A stretch of DNA of 21,993 nt from Clostridia bacterium. GTDB lineage: Bacteria > Bacillota > Clostridia > Oscillospirales > Acutalibacteraceae. Below are positions 1 to 9,111 of the stretch, piece after piece. The stretch lies in contig JAFRPB010000153.1 of assembly GCA_017429345.1 (NCBI GenBank), positions 1-21,993 of the forward strand, written 5' to 3'. Each line of letters opens with the position of its first letter. Within the stretch, counting starts at the first letter, position 1. Below the pieces are notes generated by a model that was not told the DNA's origin, searched no databases, and saw only the letters and a list, made by a program, of their open reading frames with translations. The translations under genes and the position numbers were made by a program.

Positions 1-179
1 GGTTAAATCTATTGAAAAATATACAATTTCTCCGCCTCGCCACCCCCACCGCAAGGGGTGCGGATCGCCGGTGGCGATCTCTGCCGCAGGCAGAAGCACC
101 GACCGAGCCGGCAGGCGAGACTTGGGGATGCCTTCGCCGTCAATCGGGCGGTCATGCCCGCCCCTACAAATAGCCTCCC

Positions 180-195
180 CGATAAATCAGAATTT
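180..195 (+). repeat. Copy 1 of the 16-nt motif CGATAAATCAGAATTT. Single half-site, immediately followed by the hairpin terminator downstream of the EF-G2-like gene.
   Basis: Exact 16-mer cgataaatcagaattt read from the sequence. The same 16-mer or its reverse complement recurs at 9271, 11423, 13071/13092 and 13257; one-mismatch copies at 11471, 16188 and 16212. Confidence 0.6.
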
Positions 196-230
196 AAAAG
201 AGCGCCGGTCGATCGATCGGCGCTCTTTTT
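196..230. terminator. Rho-independent terminator hairpin (12-bp GC-rich stem aaaagagcgccg / cggcgctctttt) flanked by T/A runs. Sits 3' of the minus-strand EF-G2-like gene.
   Basis: Perfect inverted repeat 196-207 / 218-229. On the minus strand it is followed by a U-run (revcomp ...CUCUUUUAAAUU). Located 12 nt past the stop codon at 242-244. Confidence 0.55.
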
Positions 231-241
231 GCTGTTCGGAA

Positions 242-2311
242 TTATTCTTCTTCGTTCTTCTTGGACTCTTCGATGACCTTGTCGGCGACGTCCTTCGGCG
301 CGTCCTCATAGCGGACGAACTCGAAGGTGTAGAAGCCTCTGCCGGCGGTGACGGAACGAAGCACGGTGGAGAAGTCGCCCATTTCACCCATGGGAACTTC
401 GGCGACGAGCTTCTGCATGCCGTCTTCGGCGGGCTCCATGCCGAGCACTCTGCCGCGGCGCTTGGAAACGTCGGACATGATGTCGCCGAGATTGTCGGAG
501 GGCATGAAAGCCTCAAGCGTGCCGTAGGGCTCGAGGATCGTGGGCTGCGCCTCGGGGATCGCCGCCTTGAACGCGAGCTGCGCTGCGGTCTTGAACGCCA
601 TTTCGGAGGAGTCGACCGGGTGATAGGAACCGTCGTAAAGGGTCGCCTTGATGCCGACCATCGGATAGCCGGCGATAATACCTCTGGAGATACACTCTCT
701 CAGACCCTTTTCGACCGCGGGGAAGAAGTTCTTCGGTACTGCGCCGCCGACGACTTCCTCTGCGAACTCGAAATCGTCGCCCTCGATGGGCTCGAAGCGG
801 ATAAACACGTCGCCGAACTGGCCGTGGCCGCCGGACTGTTTCTTATGTCTGCCCTGCTTGGAGACCTGCTTGCGGATCGTCTCTCTGTAGGGAACGCGCG
901 GCACTTCGAGGTCGACCTCGACGCCGAACTTGGATTTGAGCTTGGATACGATCACGTCAAGATGCTGCTCGCCGAGGCCCGAGATGATCTGCTCTCTGGT
1001 TTCGTCGGCGATATAGCTCTGCATGCTGGGATCTTCCTGAGAAAGCTTCTTGAGACCTGTGGAGACCTTTTCTTCCTCGCCCTTTTTGCGGACCTTGACC
1101 GCCATCGAAAGGCAGGGATTCGGGAACGCGACGGGATCGAGGCTGACCACTCTCTTTGCGGAGCAGAGGGTATCGCCGGTCTTGAAGTCGTCAAGCTTGG
1201 TGATAACGCCGATGTCGCCCGCGGTGATCTCGGGGATATCCTCGGTCTTGCCGCTCTTGAGAACGATGAGCTTGCCGAGTCTGACGGCGTCGCCGCTTCT
1301 GGAATTGACAAAGCTGCCGTCGGTTTTGATCGTGCCGTCGGCGACCTTGAAGAAGGACATCTTGCCGACGAACGGGTCCGCGACGGTCTTGAAGCAGATC
1401 GCGGCGACCTCCGCGGCGGGATCACATTTCATCGCGACGTCGTTGCCGGCGTCGTCCTTCGCGGTCTCGGGAACCTCGGCGGGGGAGGGAGCATACTTCT
1501 GAATGGCGTTCAGAAGGAAATCCACGCCCTCAAGCGCGAGGGAGGAGCAGGCGTAAACGGGGATCATCTCGCCGCTCTTGACGCCCTGATTCATGCCCTT
1601 GACGATATCGTCGTGGGTGAAGGACTCGCCGAGATCTTCGAAATAGCGCTCCATGAGCTCTTCGTCTGCGGAGGCGACCGCCTCGGTGAACGCCTCGTGA
1701 AGGCTATCGATCGCGTCGTCGGCGGGCATCGCGGTCTCCGCGGCCTTGCCCTTGCTATATGTAAACGCCTTGCCCTGCAGGAAGTTCACGTAGCTGACGA
1801 CCTTGCCGCCCTCGTAGTGGGGAACCACGACCGGGCAGACCGCCGCGCCGTATTTTTCCTTCACGGCTTCAAGGGTCTTGTAAAAATCGGTGTTTTCCGC
1901 GTCGCACTTGGTGATCGCGAAGATCTTCGGCAGCTTGCGGGAATCCGCGGCTTTCACAGCCTTCTCGGCGCCGACGTCAAGGTCGGAGCCCGCCGCCAGA
2001 ACGGTGATCACGCAGTCCGCGGCTCTGACGCCCTCGGAAAGTCCGCCGGCGAAATCAAAGAAGCCGGGCGTGTCAAGAAGGTTGATCTTGACGCCGTTCC
2101 ACTCAAGGCTTGCCGTTGCGGAGGAGACGGAAATGTGTCTCTTCTTCTCCTCGGGATCGAAGTCCATTGCGGTGTTGCCGTCCGCGACGCTGCCCATGCG
2201 GTCGATCGCGCCGGCGGTGTAAAGCATCGCCTCTGCGAGGGTGGTCTTGCCTCTGCCGCCGTGACCGGCGATGGCGACGTTTCTGATGTCCTGTGCCTGA
2301 TAGGCTTTCAT
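242..2311 (-). CDS. Elongation factor G family translational GTPase, EF-G2-like paralog (689 aa)
   Basis: Full-length ORF. N-terminal G domain has P-loop AIAGHGGRGKTTLAEAML and DTPGFFDF (G3), followed by EF-G domains II-V. Its G1 differs from canonical FusA (AHIDAGKTT) and resembles Thermus-type EF-G2 (GHAGSGKTT). AGGAGG RBS 8 nt upstream of the ATG. Confidence 0.85.
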   Translation of the reverse strand: MKAYQAQDIRNVAIAGHGGRGKTTLAEAMLYTAGAIDRMGSVADGNTAMDFDPEEKKRHISVSSATASLEWNGVKINLLDTPGFFDFAGGLSEGVRAADCVITVLAAGSDLDVGAEKAVKAADSRKLPKIFAITKCDAENTDFYKTLEAVKEKYGAAVCPVVVPHYEGGKVVSYVNFLQGKAFTYSKGKAAETAMPADDAIDSLHEAFTEAVASADEELMERYFEDLGESFTHDDIVKGMNQGVKSGEMIPVYACSSLALEGVDFLLNAIQKYAPSPAEVPETAKDDAGNDVAMKCDPAAEVAAICFKTVADPFVGKMSFFKVADGTIKTDGSFVNSRSGDAVRLGKLIVLKSGKTEDIPEITAGDIGVITKLDDFKTGDTLCSAKRVVSLDPVAFPNPCLSMAVKVRKKGEEEKVSTGLKKLSQEDPSMQSYIADETREQIISGLGEQHLDVIVSKLKSKFGVEVDLEVPRVPYRETIRKQVSKQGRHKKQSGGHGQFGDVFIRFEPIEGDDFEFAEEVVGGAVPKNFFPAVEKGLRECISRGIIAGYPMVGIKATLYDGSYHPVDSSEMAFKTAAQLAFKAAIPEAQPTILEPYGTLEAFMPSDNLGDIMSDVSKRRGRVLGMEPAEDGMQKLVAEVPMGEMGDFSTVLRSVTAGRGFYTFEFVRYEDAPKDVADKVIEESKKNEEE

Positions 2312-2353
2312 AAAAATTCCTCCTGTTTTTCAATGCGTTTGTGTAACAGAACT

Positions 2354-2382
2354 ATTCTATCATAAAGAGTAAAAGTTTTCAA
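2354..2382 (-). promoter_or_regulatory. Sigma-70-type promoter for the EF-G2-like gene: -35 TTGAAA, 17-nt spacer, -10 TAGAAT (read on the minus strand).
   Basis: Reverse complement of 2354-2382 reads TTGAAAacttttactctttatgaTAGAAT, about 45 nt upstream of the RBS/ATG at 2311. Confidence 0.45.
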
Positions 2383-2425
2383 TAAGTATTTTTCTGTTTT
2401 TTGGTTTTTTGCGATGATTTTATTT

Positions 2426-2464
2426 AAGACAGCACCGCACAAGCGAATTGTGCGGTGCTGTCTT
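2426..2464. terminator. 17-bp perfect hairpin (aagacagcaccgcacaa-gcgaa-ttgtgcggtgctgtctt) directly 3' of the PHP-family gene. Putative terminator or RNA-stabilising stem-loop.
   Basis: Perfect inverted repeat 2426-2442 / 2448-2464 with a 5-nt loop, 33 nt past the PHP stop. Flanked by A/T-rich sequence but no clean U-tract on either strand. Confidence 0.4.
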
Positions 2465-2496
2465 AAATAAATCGGAATATGTTTCCGCTTTTGTTC

Positions 2497-3384
2497 TCAG
2501 TTCGCGGTCGTCAGCAGCGCGGCGGCCTTGTTCTCCGCGCGTTTCTGCTGCCTTTTCTTTCTCGCTTTATAGTTCAAAAACTCGTCAAGCTGCTTATCCG
2601 TCGGGCTGCAGTCGCCGATCTGGATCGGCTGCACATTGTACATTCCGCGGAAATCCGTGCCTCCGGTCACGAGCAGCTTGTTTTCTTTCGCGATCTTCAG
2701 AAGACGCGCCTTGTCGGTCTCGCTGCAGCTCGGGTGCTCGACCTCGATACCGTCGAGCATGGGAAGCAGCCGCTCAAGCGTTTCGAAGCTGTCGTTGACG
2801 GCGGGGTTCGCGTAGATCGCAAGGCCGCCCGCGTCGTGGATCGCGCCGATGACGTCCTCCGGCGCTTTGAAAACGGCTTTTGTAAGAATAGAAGAAGGCG
2901 AACCCTCGCCGAAAAGCTCGCCGTACAGCTCGCCGTAGATCCGATCTGTGTGGCCTGCGTCCATCAGCGCGTGCATGATGTGAGACGGAAACAGATTTGC
3001 CGACCCGTTGGAGCGTTTCGCGATGAAATCGGAGGGCAACCCGAATTTCGCGACTGTCTTGAACATCATTCGCTGCCCGGCGCTTTTGCGCGCGGTCTGG
3101 TTCTCGTGACAGAGGCCTTCGAGCCTGTCCGGAAAATCCGGCTGATAGCACAGAATGTGGATCTCTTTTCCGGTTTCCGGATCCGTCGCGGACAGATCCA
3201 CGCCCGGCACGACCTCAACGCCCATCTTTTTACCGATCATTTTTCCGCGTACCGTACCGGCGAGGGAGTCGATATCCATAATGGAGATCACGTCGACGCC
3301 GCGCTTTGCCGCAAGCATGACGAGCTCTTCAAGCCCGACGGAACCGTCGGACAGCTTGGTGTGACAGTGAAGATCGCCTTTCAT
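2497..3384 (-). CDS. PHP-domain metal-dependent phosphoesterase, TrpH/YciV (RnaAM)-like (295 aa)
   Basis: N-terminus MKGDLHCHTKLSDGS...VISIMDIDSLAG matches the PHP-family motif (DLH-HT-SDG...TDHD-like) and the ~290-aa length of TrpH/YciV. RBS AAGGTGG 7 nt upstream. Confidence 0.7.
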   Translation of the reverse strand: MKGDLHCHTKLSDGSVGLEELVMLAAKRGVDVISIMDIDSLAGTVRGKMIGKKMGVEVVPGVDLSATDPETGKEIHILCYQPDFPDRLEGLCHENQTARKSAGQRMMFKTVAKFGLPSDFIAKRSNGSANLFPSHIMHALMDAGHTDRIYGELYGELFGEGSPSSILTKAVFKAPEDVIGAIHDAGGLAIYANPAVNDSFETLERLLPMLDGIEVEHPSCSETDKARLLKIAKENKLLVTGGTDFRGMYNVQPIQIGDCSPTDKQLDEFLNYKARKKRQQKRAENKAAALLTTAN

Positions 3385-3763
3385 TAAATTTCATCCACCT
3401 TTCCTGTGATTTCGGCAGATGCCTTACTTGCAGAAGCGCCATCGGTGTTTCCTTGTGAAGAGGGTAAACGGTAACGGGAGCAACGGTTTTCGCCTTGTGG
3501 GCGGCAATTCAGGCATATCCTGTTTGTGATTTTTATGTATTTTTGACACTACTACTCGAAATTTTATCTTTTTAATGATCCTATTCTACACTATCCGGAA
3601 GATTTTTTCAAGCTTTTTTACGAAATATGTGTTTTTTTGTGAAAAAATATTATAATAGACAACTGATAATCAAATAAAAACAGCTTGATTTATCCGAAAA
3701 ATACAAAAAATCGGATCGCGCGGAGCGTAAATGTAAAATTTTTTTCGGCGTCTTCACGTAAAA

Positions 3764-3801
3764 AACGGAGAGCGCGGACGGTCCGGTCCGTTCTCTCCGT
3801 T
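3764..3801 (-). terminator. Rho-independent terminator for the esterase/GH3 operon (minus strand).
   Basis: Stem aacggagag / ctctccgtt enclosing a GC-rich loop. On the minus-strand RNA it is followed by UUUUUUAC. Lies 34 nt past the stop of the 3835..4875 gene. Confidence 0.55.
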
Positions 3802-3834
3802 CTGCGGTTTTCTTTTTTTCGCTTTTTCTCGCCG

Positions 3835-4875
3835 TTATTCCGCGAGAAAATCAAAAGAACGCGCGCCGTGCACGCGGTGGCGGCCGTCGAATTCGTCGAC
3901 GGTCAGCGCGTCCTCCGCGCCGAAAAGGCGGTAGACCCGTCTTGCCCGTTCGTGCGCGTCGCGCGCGCCTTCGATCGGGAACAGCGGGTCGCGCGTCCCG
4001 GACTCGATCAGGAGCCTCCTCGGCGCGACCGCGGCGGCGAGATCGCCGATCTCGCCGATGCGCAGGATACCGGGGATATAATTGTCCGGGCAGTGCCAAC
4101 GCGCAAGAATGCTCTCGCGGAAGGTACAGGCGTAGCCGCTGACGACCGCGCGGGCGAAGCGTTCGTCCGCCGCCGCGGCGTAAAGCGCGGCAAGCCCGCC
4201 GCCGGAAATGCCCATCACGCCGAGCCGTCCGGGGTCGGTCCCGGGCAGGGACAAAAGAAAGTCCGCGCATGCGATCGCCTGAAACACCCGCACCCCGGCG
4301 GTGTTGAGTCCGTAGATCAATAGGTGATGCGACACCGTGTCGCAGGAGCTCGCGTAAAACGGCTTGCGCAGGTCTTTTGCAAGGCGCGCCTGACCGAACG
4401 CGACCGGCTCCGGCGCGGCGACGATACAGCCGCGCTTCACAAGCTCAAGCGCGAAATGCCGCTGATAATCGTCAAGATACGGCAGACGTTTCGGGCGGTC
4501 GTTTTTCGTCACGCCGATGATCTGCCGCACGCCGTAGCCGTGTCCGCAGAGGGCGACGACGCCCGGCGCGGGGGCGGAGAGCTTCCGCGGCGTCAGCAGA
4601 TAGACCGCGGCCGTCAGCCCCGGCAGCAGCGCGTGCGCGTATTTCTGTATCGTATAGTCTTCCGCGCAGATCGGTTCGCCGACCGGTACGGGTGAAGCGT
4701 TCGTTCTCATATTTTCAAGCACGGGCAGCGCGAGGACTTCGCGCAAGGTTTGCCTGACTTCTTCCGCCGCCGCTTCCGCGGATGCTTTATCACAGACGGA
4801 AGCGAACGGCTCCCCGCGCAGCGTATCGTAAAGCCCGTTCAGAAAGCCGTCCGGGCAGTAATCCTTCCGGGTCAT
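3835..4875 (-). CDS. Alpha/beta-hydrolase fold esterase, probable carbohydrate esterase (dienelactone-hydrolase/acetyl-esterase-like), 346 aa
   Basis: Nucleophile elbow GISGGG (G-x-S-x-G), HGYG oxyanion-like motif and a C-terminal acid/His region. Its start ATG overlaps the GH3 stop (ATGA), implying co-translation with the glycosidase. Confidence 0.6.
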   Translation of the reverse strand: MTRKDYCPDGFLNGLYDTLRGEPFASVCDKASAEAAAEEVRQTLREVLALPVLENMRTNASPVPVGEPICAEDYTIQKYAHALLPGLTAAVYLLTPRKLSAPAPGVVALCGHGYGVRQIIGVTKNDRPKRLPYLDDYQRHFALELVKRGCIVAAPEPVAFGQARLAKDLRKPFYASSCDTVSHHLLIYGLNTAGVRVFQAIACADFLLSLPGTDPGRLGVMGISGGGLAALYAAAADERFARAVVSGYACTFRESILARWHCPDNYIPGILRIGEIGDLAAAVAPRRLLIESGTRDPLFPIEGARDAHERARRVYRLFGAEDALTVDEFDGRHRVHGARSFDFLAE

Positions 4876-6956
4876 CGTTCCGTCTCCGCAAACCGCAGCG
4901 TTCCGGCGGCAAGAAAACTCCGCCCGTCGTTCGTGACGCTGAAGGAATACGCTTCGTCCGGGCGCATCCGTTTTTCTTCGTGGTCGTAGAATGCAAGATC
5001 CTCCGCGCTGACGCAGAGCTCTACGCGTTTCTCTTCGCCCGCTTTGAGCGGGACGCGGGCAAAGCCCTTAAGCAGCTTTATGGGACGGTCGGCGTCCGTC
5101 CGTTCGGACGAGGCGTAGAGCTGCACGACCGCGTCGCCGTCCCTCTCTCCGGTGTTTTTCACTGTAAGACTGACGCGCGCGCCCGTCTCCGTCTTTTCCG
5201 CCGAAGCGTCCGACAGCGAGAATTCGGTATATGAAAGCCCGAAACCGAAGGGGAACTGCACATTCTTTTTCGTTTTGTCAAACAGCGTATAACCGTGATA
5301 ATAGCCGTATCCGATGCTCTTTTTCTCGCTGCCGATGTGCAGGAACGGGGGGTAGTCGTCGGGATCTTCCGCGACCGTGAACGGCAGCCGCCCGCAGGGA
5401 TTCGCGTCGCCGCTGAGGATATCCGCGAGCGCGTTCCCGCCCTCAAGACCGCTGTAGAACGACATGAGAATGCAGTCGGCGAGATCCGACCAATCCTTTA
5501 TTACGTACGCGCTGCCGCCCATGATATCGACGATCAGGGGTTTGCCCGTCTCTTTCAGCGCGCGGATCAGCGCTTCGTCCTCCGCGGGGATACGCAGATC
5601 GGCGCGGTCACCGCCGCTGCCCTTCGGCTTGCTCTTCACGTTGCCGAGGTTGACGAGGAATTCGCCCTCCTGCAGCCAGTCGCTGCCGACGAGGATCACG
5701 ATATAATCGCTGTCTTGCGCCGCTGTCGCCGCCTTGAACGGGTCGCAGCCGTTGTAACAGGTCACGCTGTCCCCGCCGAAGCGGTTGCGGATCCCCTGAT
5801 ACGCCGTGACGGTATAGGGACTGTAGACCTGGCTTGAGCCGTGGTCGCCCACGTTCTTTTTATCGGCGTATCTGCCGACGACGGCGATCTTCGCGCCCGC
5901 GGGCAGCGGCAGCACGCCGTTTTTATTTTGTAATAAGACCGTGCCCTTGACGGCGGCTTCCCGCGCGAGGGCGATATGCTCCGGCGAGAGGATCGCCTCT
6001 TTCGGCACGTCCTTCTGCTTCGGCAGGGTGACGATCAGGGCTTTGAGCACCCGCGTGACCGCCGTGTTGATCTGCCGTTCGGTGATCCTGCCGCGTCTGA
6101 GCGCCGCGCCGAGCAGGGCGTAGCGGAAGATATAGGGCATCTCCACGTCGAGCCCCGCTTTGAGCGAACGCGCGCCGTCGTAGATGCCGAAGAAGAAGTC
6201 GGAGAGCGCGAAGCCCTCGAAGCCCCATTCGTTTCTGAGGATATCGGTCAGCAGGCGGCGGTTCTCGCAGCAGTAAGTCCCGTTGACTTTGTTGTAAGCG
6301 CCCATGATCGACATGGCGCCCGCGTCGATGCACTTTTTGAAATGCGGCAGATATACGTCGTAAAGCGTGCGGTCGTCGCAGCGCGCGTCGACGCTGAAGC
6401 GCAGATCCTCGATCGAATTGAGCGCGTAATGCTTCGGGCAGGCGATGATCCCGTTCTCCTGCATGGCGCGGGTCTGTACCTCTCCCATTCTGCCCAGCAG
6501 AAACGGATCCTCGCCGTAGGTCTCCTGCGCGCGTCCCCACATCGGGTTGCGCAGCAGATTGATACAGATGCCCGCGAACAGGTTCGCGCCGCCCGCCGCG
6601 GCTTCGCGCGCGAACGCCTGCGCGATCCGGGATTCGAGATCCGTATCAAAGCTCGCGCCGCGCATCATCGGCATCGGAAAACAGGTCCCGTGCCGCATCA
6701 CGATCCCGCGCGGTCCGTCGGTGAATTTCACCGGCGGCACGCCCAGGCGACGGCATCCGCCCGCGGCGTACGCCTCGCCGTTATAGTATCTTCCCTTCGT
6801 CAGAAAGGTCTTCGCCGTCGTGCCGAGCGCGTGCCCGCGCAGCATGTGAAGACGCTCGTGCAGCGTCATCTCGCGGCAAAGCGCCGCGGCGGCTTCGTTC
6901 AGCGTTTTTCTGTCGGGGTGTTCCTCATAGATCCTTACGGCGTCCTGAAAATTCAT
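4872..6956 (-). CDS. Glycoside hydrolase family 3 beta-glycosidase (BglX-like), ~694 aa
   Basis: GH3 N-terminal (beta/alpha)8 domain with KHYALNS and nucleophile motif GFEGFALSDF, an alpha/beta sandwich domain, and a C-terminal FnIII-like domain. Start placed at MNFQDAV (6956), where GGAAAGGAG lies 9 nt upstream. The longer ORF-track start at 7157 lacks an RBS and adds an implausible N-terminus. Confidence 0.85.
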   Translation of the reverse strand: MNFQDAVRIYEEHPDRKTLNEAAAALCREMTLHERLHMLRGHALGTTAKTFLTKGRYYNGEAYAAGGCRRLGVPPVKFTDGPRGIVMRHGTCFPMPMMRGASFDTDLESRIAQAFAREAAAGGANLFAGICINLLRNPMWGRAQETYGEDPFLLGRMGEVQTRAMQENGIIACPKHYALNSIEDLRFSVDARCDDRTLYDVYLPHFKKCIDAGAMSIMGAYNKVNGTYCCENRRLLTDILRNEWGFEGFALSDFFFGIYDGARSLKAGLDVEMPYIFRYALLGAALRRGRITERQINTAVTRVLKALIVTLPKQKDVPKEAILSPEHIALAREAAVKGTVLLQNKNGVLPLPAGAKIAVVGRYADKKNVGDHGSSQVYSPYTVTAYQGIRNRFGGDSVTCYNGCDPFKAATAAQDSDYIVILVGSDWLQEGEFLVNLGNVKSKPKGSGGDRADLRIPAEDEALIRALKETGKPLIVDIMGGSAYVIKDWSDLADCILMSFYSGLEGGNALADILSGDANPCGRLPFTVAEDPDDYPPFLHIGSEKKSIGYGYYHGYTLFDKTKKNVQFPFGFGLSYTEFSLSDASAEKTETGARVSLTVKNTGERDGDAVVQLYASSERTDADRPIKLLKGFARVPLKAGEEKRVELCVSAEDLAFYDHEEKRMRPDEAYSFSVTNDGRSFLAAGTLRFAETER

Positions 6957-7024
6957 AAAAGCGCGCTCCTTTCCCGATCCTTCTTCCATTGTATAAAATA
7001 TTCCGCCGCAATGCAATCTTTTAT

Positions 7025-7053
7025 TTGCGTTTGGGGAGAAAATATGGTTTAAT
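7025..7053 (+). promoter_or_regulatory. Putative sigma-70 promoter for the lyase gene: -35 TTGCGT, 17-nt spacer, extended -10 TGgTTTAAT.
   Basis: TTGCGTttggggagaaaatatggTTTAAT located 30 nt upstream of the GGAGAG RBS/ATG at 7084. Confidence 0.4.
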
Positions 7054-7083
7054 AAAGACAGAAAGAAAAAGGAGAGACGGAAA

Positions 7084-9084
7084 ATGCAGATACTGAAAGT
7101 CATTTTGTCGGCGCTCTTGTCTTTGATCAGCGTGTTTACGACGAACGGATTCGGCAAATATACGCCGCATCTCGCGGTGATCCCGGACCTCGTGCGCGTC
7201 GGTGCGGAGGCGCTGCGTCTGAACGTATGGGACGGCGCGCCGGATAAAAAAGAAGTCGCCGCGGCGCTTGAGAATGCAGAGGTCCCGCACCCCTTCGTGC
7301 TCGCGGGCGCGGAGCGGTTCGACCTTCTGCGCTTAGAGTTTGCTTCCGGCGGGGCCCCGGAATACGCTTCGGATCTTCTGAAGTACGTGCTCGCGAACGC
7401 GGACGCGCTGCTCGATACGCAGGTTTTCCCGCCCCTTGCCTACGAGCTCGACGAGGAGAACAGCATCCTGCCGATCTCCCGCGAGACCATGAACCGCATC
7501 GTGATCCTGGGCCTTGCGCGGCAGGTCACGGGCGAGGAAAAATATTTCACTCGCGCGTGGGAAGAGCTCGAGAACGTCTGCAATTATCCCGACTGGTGCA
7601 CCGGGCATTTTCTCGCCACCGCGGAGATGGCGCTCGCCGTCGCGGTCGGGTACGACTGGCTGTATGAGGATCTGACCGACGCGCAGCGCGATCTGCTCGC
7701 CGAAACGACGCTGCAGTACGCGATCAGGCCCGCGATCTCGGCGGTGAATACGGGAAAATGGTACACAACGACGAAGAACAACTGGAACAGCATCTGTTAC
7801 AGCGGTGTCGGCATCGCCTGTATGACGCTTGCGGACCGGTACCCCGCGGAGGCGGCGAAATACCTGGCGAGATGCTTTAAGTATATGCCCGCGGCGTATG
7901 AGAATTTCACGCCGGACGGCGTGTATATCGAGGGCCCGGGCTACTGCGAATCCGGCATGAACGCGATCGTGTATTTCATCGCCACGGCGCGGGAGCGCTT
8001 CGGCACCGATTTCGGCATGTCGGAGCTGCCCGGCTTCCGGGAGCTGGGCATGTTCCCGGTCTATATCTCCGGCAGCGTCGGCGAATTCAATTTCGGCGAC
8101 AACCGGAACCGCGCGTTTTATTCCCCCGCGCTGGACTGGTACGCGGCGAATTATAACGAGCCGCTGCTGGCGGTGCATCAGATGAGCGGCGGCGTGGGCG
8201 AATACGCCGCGGGAGAGCCGGTCTATACGGAATCGAACGGCGACGGCAGGGAGAACGCGCTCTCGGCGCTCTGGTACGACCGCTCGTTCACGGGCGACAG
8301 AGCGCAGTTCTCTTCGCAGCCGAAGAGCGTCTATCTGCGCTCCGACTGCGGGCAGGAGCTGGTGCTGATGCGCTCGGCGTATCTTGAAAAAAACGCGTTC
8401 TTCGTCGGGATGAAAGCGGGCGACAATTTCATCAATCACGGCGATCTCGATATCGGCACCTTCGTTTACGACGCGCTCGGCGAGCGCTGGGCGGCGGAGC
8501 TCGGTCCCGGACCCTACGACGCGCCGGGGTATTTCTTCAACCCGCCCGCGGGCGGCCGCTGGCGCAATTACTGCAAGCGCGCCGAGGGGCAGAATACGCT
8601 CGTGATCAATCCGGATATGACGCTTGACGATCAGTACGCGCTCGCGCGGTGCGTATTCTCCGACGTGGAGATCGGCGACGGCGGCGGCGCGTGCCGGATC
8701 GATCTGACGGACGCCTACCGCATGAACGGCGCGATAAGCGCGGTGCGTTCGTTCGCCTTCGACGCGGATACCGGCGCGCTGACGGTCGCGGACGAGGTCA
8801 AATGCCTTGTGAAAAGCGATATTTACTGGTTCATGCACACCCGCGCCGCGATCGAAATTTCCGAAGACGGCAAAACAGCCGTGCTGAAGCAGAACGGCAA
8901 ACAGATCACGGCCGTTCTCTCGGGCGACGGCGAATTCTCCGTGCGGGAATGCGAATCGCTTAAACCGAATTACGTTTATCCCGAAACGCACGACGGCGTG
9001 CGCAGACTGACCGTCGCGCTCACCGGCGTGCGCGAGGCGAATATTTCGGTACGGCTGGCGCCGGAAATCAGAATATGGAGATAG
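7084..9084 (+). CDS. Secreted heparinase II/III-like polysaccharide lyase family protein (666 aa)
   Basis: N-terminal signal peptide (MQILKVILSALLSLISVFT). Central (alpha/alpha) toroid-type motifs (WNSICYSGVGIACMTLAD) and a C-terminal beta-sandwich with NHGDLDIGTFVYDALGERW, typical of the heparinase II/III-like (alginate/heparin lyase) fold. Divergent from the GH3 operon. Confidence 0.55.
   Translation: MQILKVILSALLSLISVFTTNGFGKYTPHLAVIPDLVRVGAEALRLNVWDGAPDKKEVAAALENAEVPHPFVLAGAERFDLLRLEFASGGAPEYASDLLKYVLANADALLDTQVFPPLAYELDEENSILPISRETMNRIVILGLARQVTGEEKYFTRAWEELENVCNYPDWCTGHFLATAEMALAVAVGYDWLYEDLTDAQRDLLAETTLQYAIRPAISAVNTGKWYTTTKNNWNSICYSGVGIACMTLADRYPAEAAKYLARCFKYMPAAYENFTPDGVYIEGPGYCESGMNAIVYFIATARERFGTDFGMSELPGFRELGMFPVYISGSVGEFNFGDNRNRAFYSPALDWYAANYNEPLLAVHQMSGGVGEYAAGEPVYTESNGDGRENALSALWYDRSFTGDRAQFSSQPKSVYLRSDCGQELVLMRSAYLEKNAFFVGMKAGDNFINHGDLDIGTFVYDALGERWAAELGPGPYDAPGYFFNPPAGGRWRNYCKRAEGQNTLVINPDMTLDDQYALARCVFSDVEIGDGGGACRIDLTDAYRMNGAISAVRSFAFDADTGALTVADEVKCLVKSDIYWFMHTRAAIEISEDGKTAVLKQNGKQITAVLSGDGEFSVRECESLKPNYVYPETHDGVRRLTVALTGVREANISVRLAPEIRIWR
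9064..9078 (+). repeat. Degenerate copy (13/15) of the motif, gaaatcagaatatgg, inside the last codons of the lyase gene.
   Basis: Shares the exact 10-mer aaatcagaat plus a following tgg with the 13260-13274 copy. Chance expectation for a 10-mer in 22 kb is ~0.04. Confidence 0.3.
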
Positions 9085-9111
9085 GAGGTTCGGAAGTAGG
9101 AGGTTCGGAAG
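9082..9111 (+). repeat. Perfect tandem duplication of the 15-mer TAGGAGGTTCGGAAG (two SD-like GGAGG elements), beginning at the lyase stop codon.
   Basis: 9082-9096 and 9097-9111 are identical. They are followed by the palindrome aagtcgcttcgcgactt (9109-9125). Confidence 0.6.

Noticed and set aside
71-2365. 764-aa plus-strand ORF antisense to the EF-G2-like gene; similarly 2479..3387+, 5976..7052+, 7333..9165-, 16183..17259+, 17577..19193- and 21046..21868- ORFs
   Set aside because: Each lies entirely antisense to a gene with strong motif-level support. They have Arg/Ala/Gly-rich composition typical of shadow ORFs in high-GC DNA, and none has a credible RBS or recognisable domain.
3636-3700. 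cttgatttatccg near the PHP promoter as another copy of the motif, and a TTTATT-18-TATAAT PHP promoter
   Set aside because: Only 9/16 match to the motif (tgatttatc core), within a generally AT-rich region. The -35 of the promoter is weak, so neither is reported as a feature.
6957-7157. N-terminal extension of the GH3 ORF (start MPNPFVVN...)
   Set aside because: No SD before that ATG and the extension is low-complexity. A strong GGAAAGGAG RBS precedes MNFQDAV at 6956, which aligns with GH3 N-termini.
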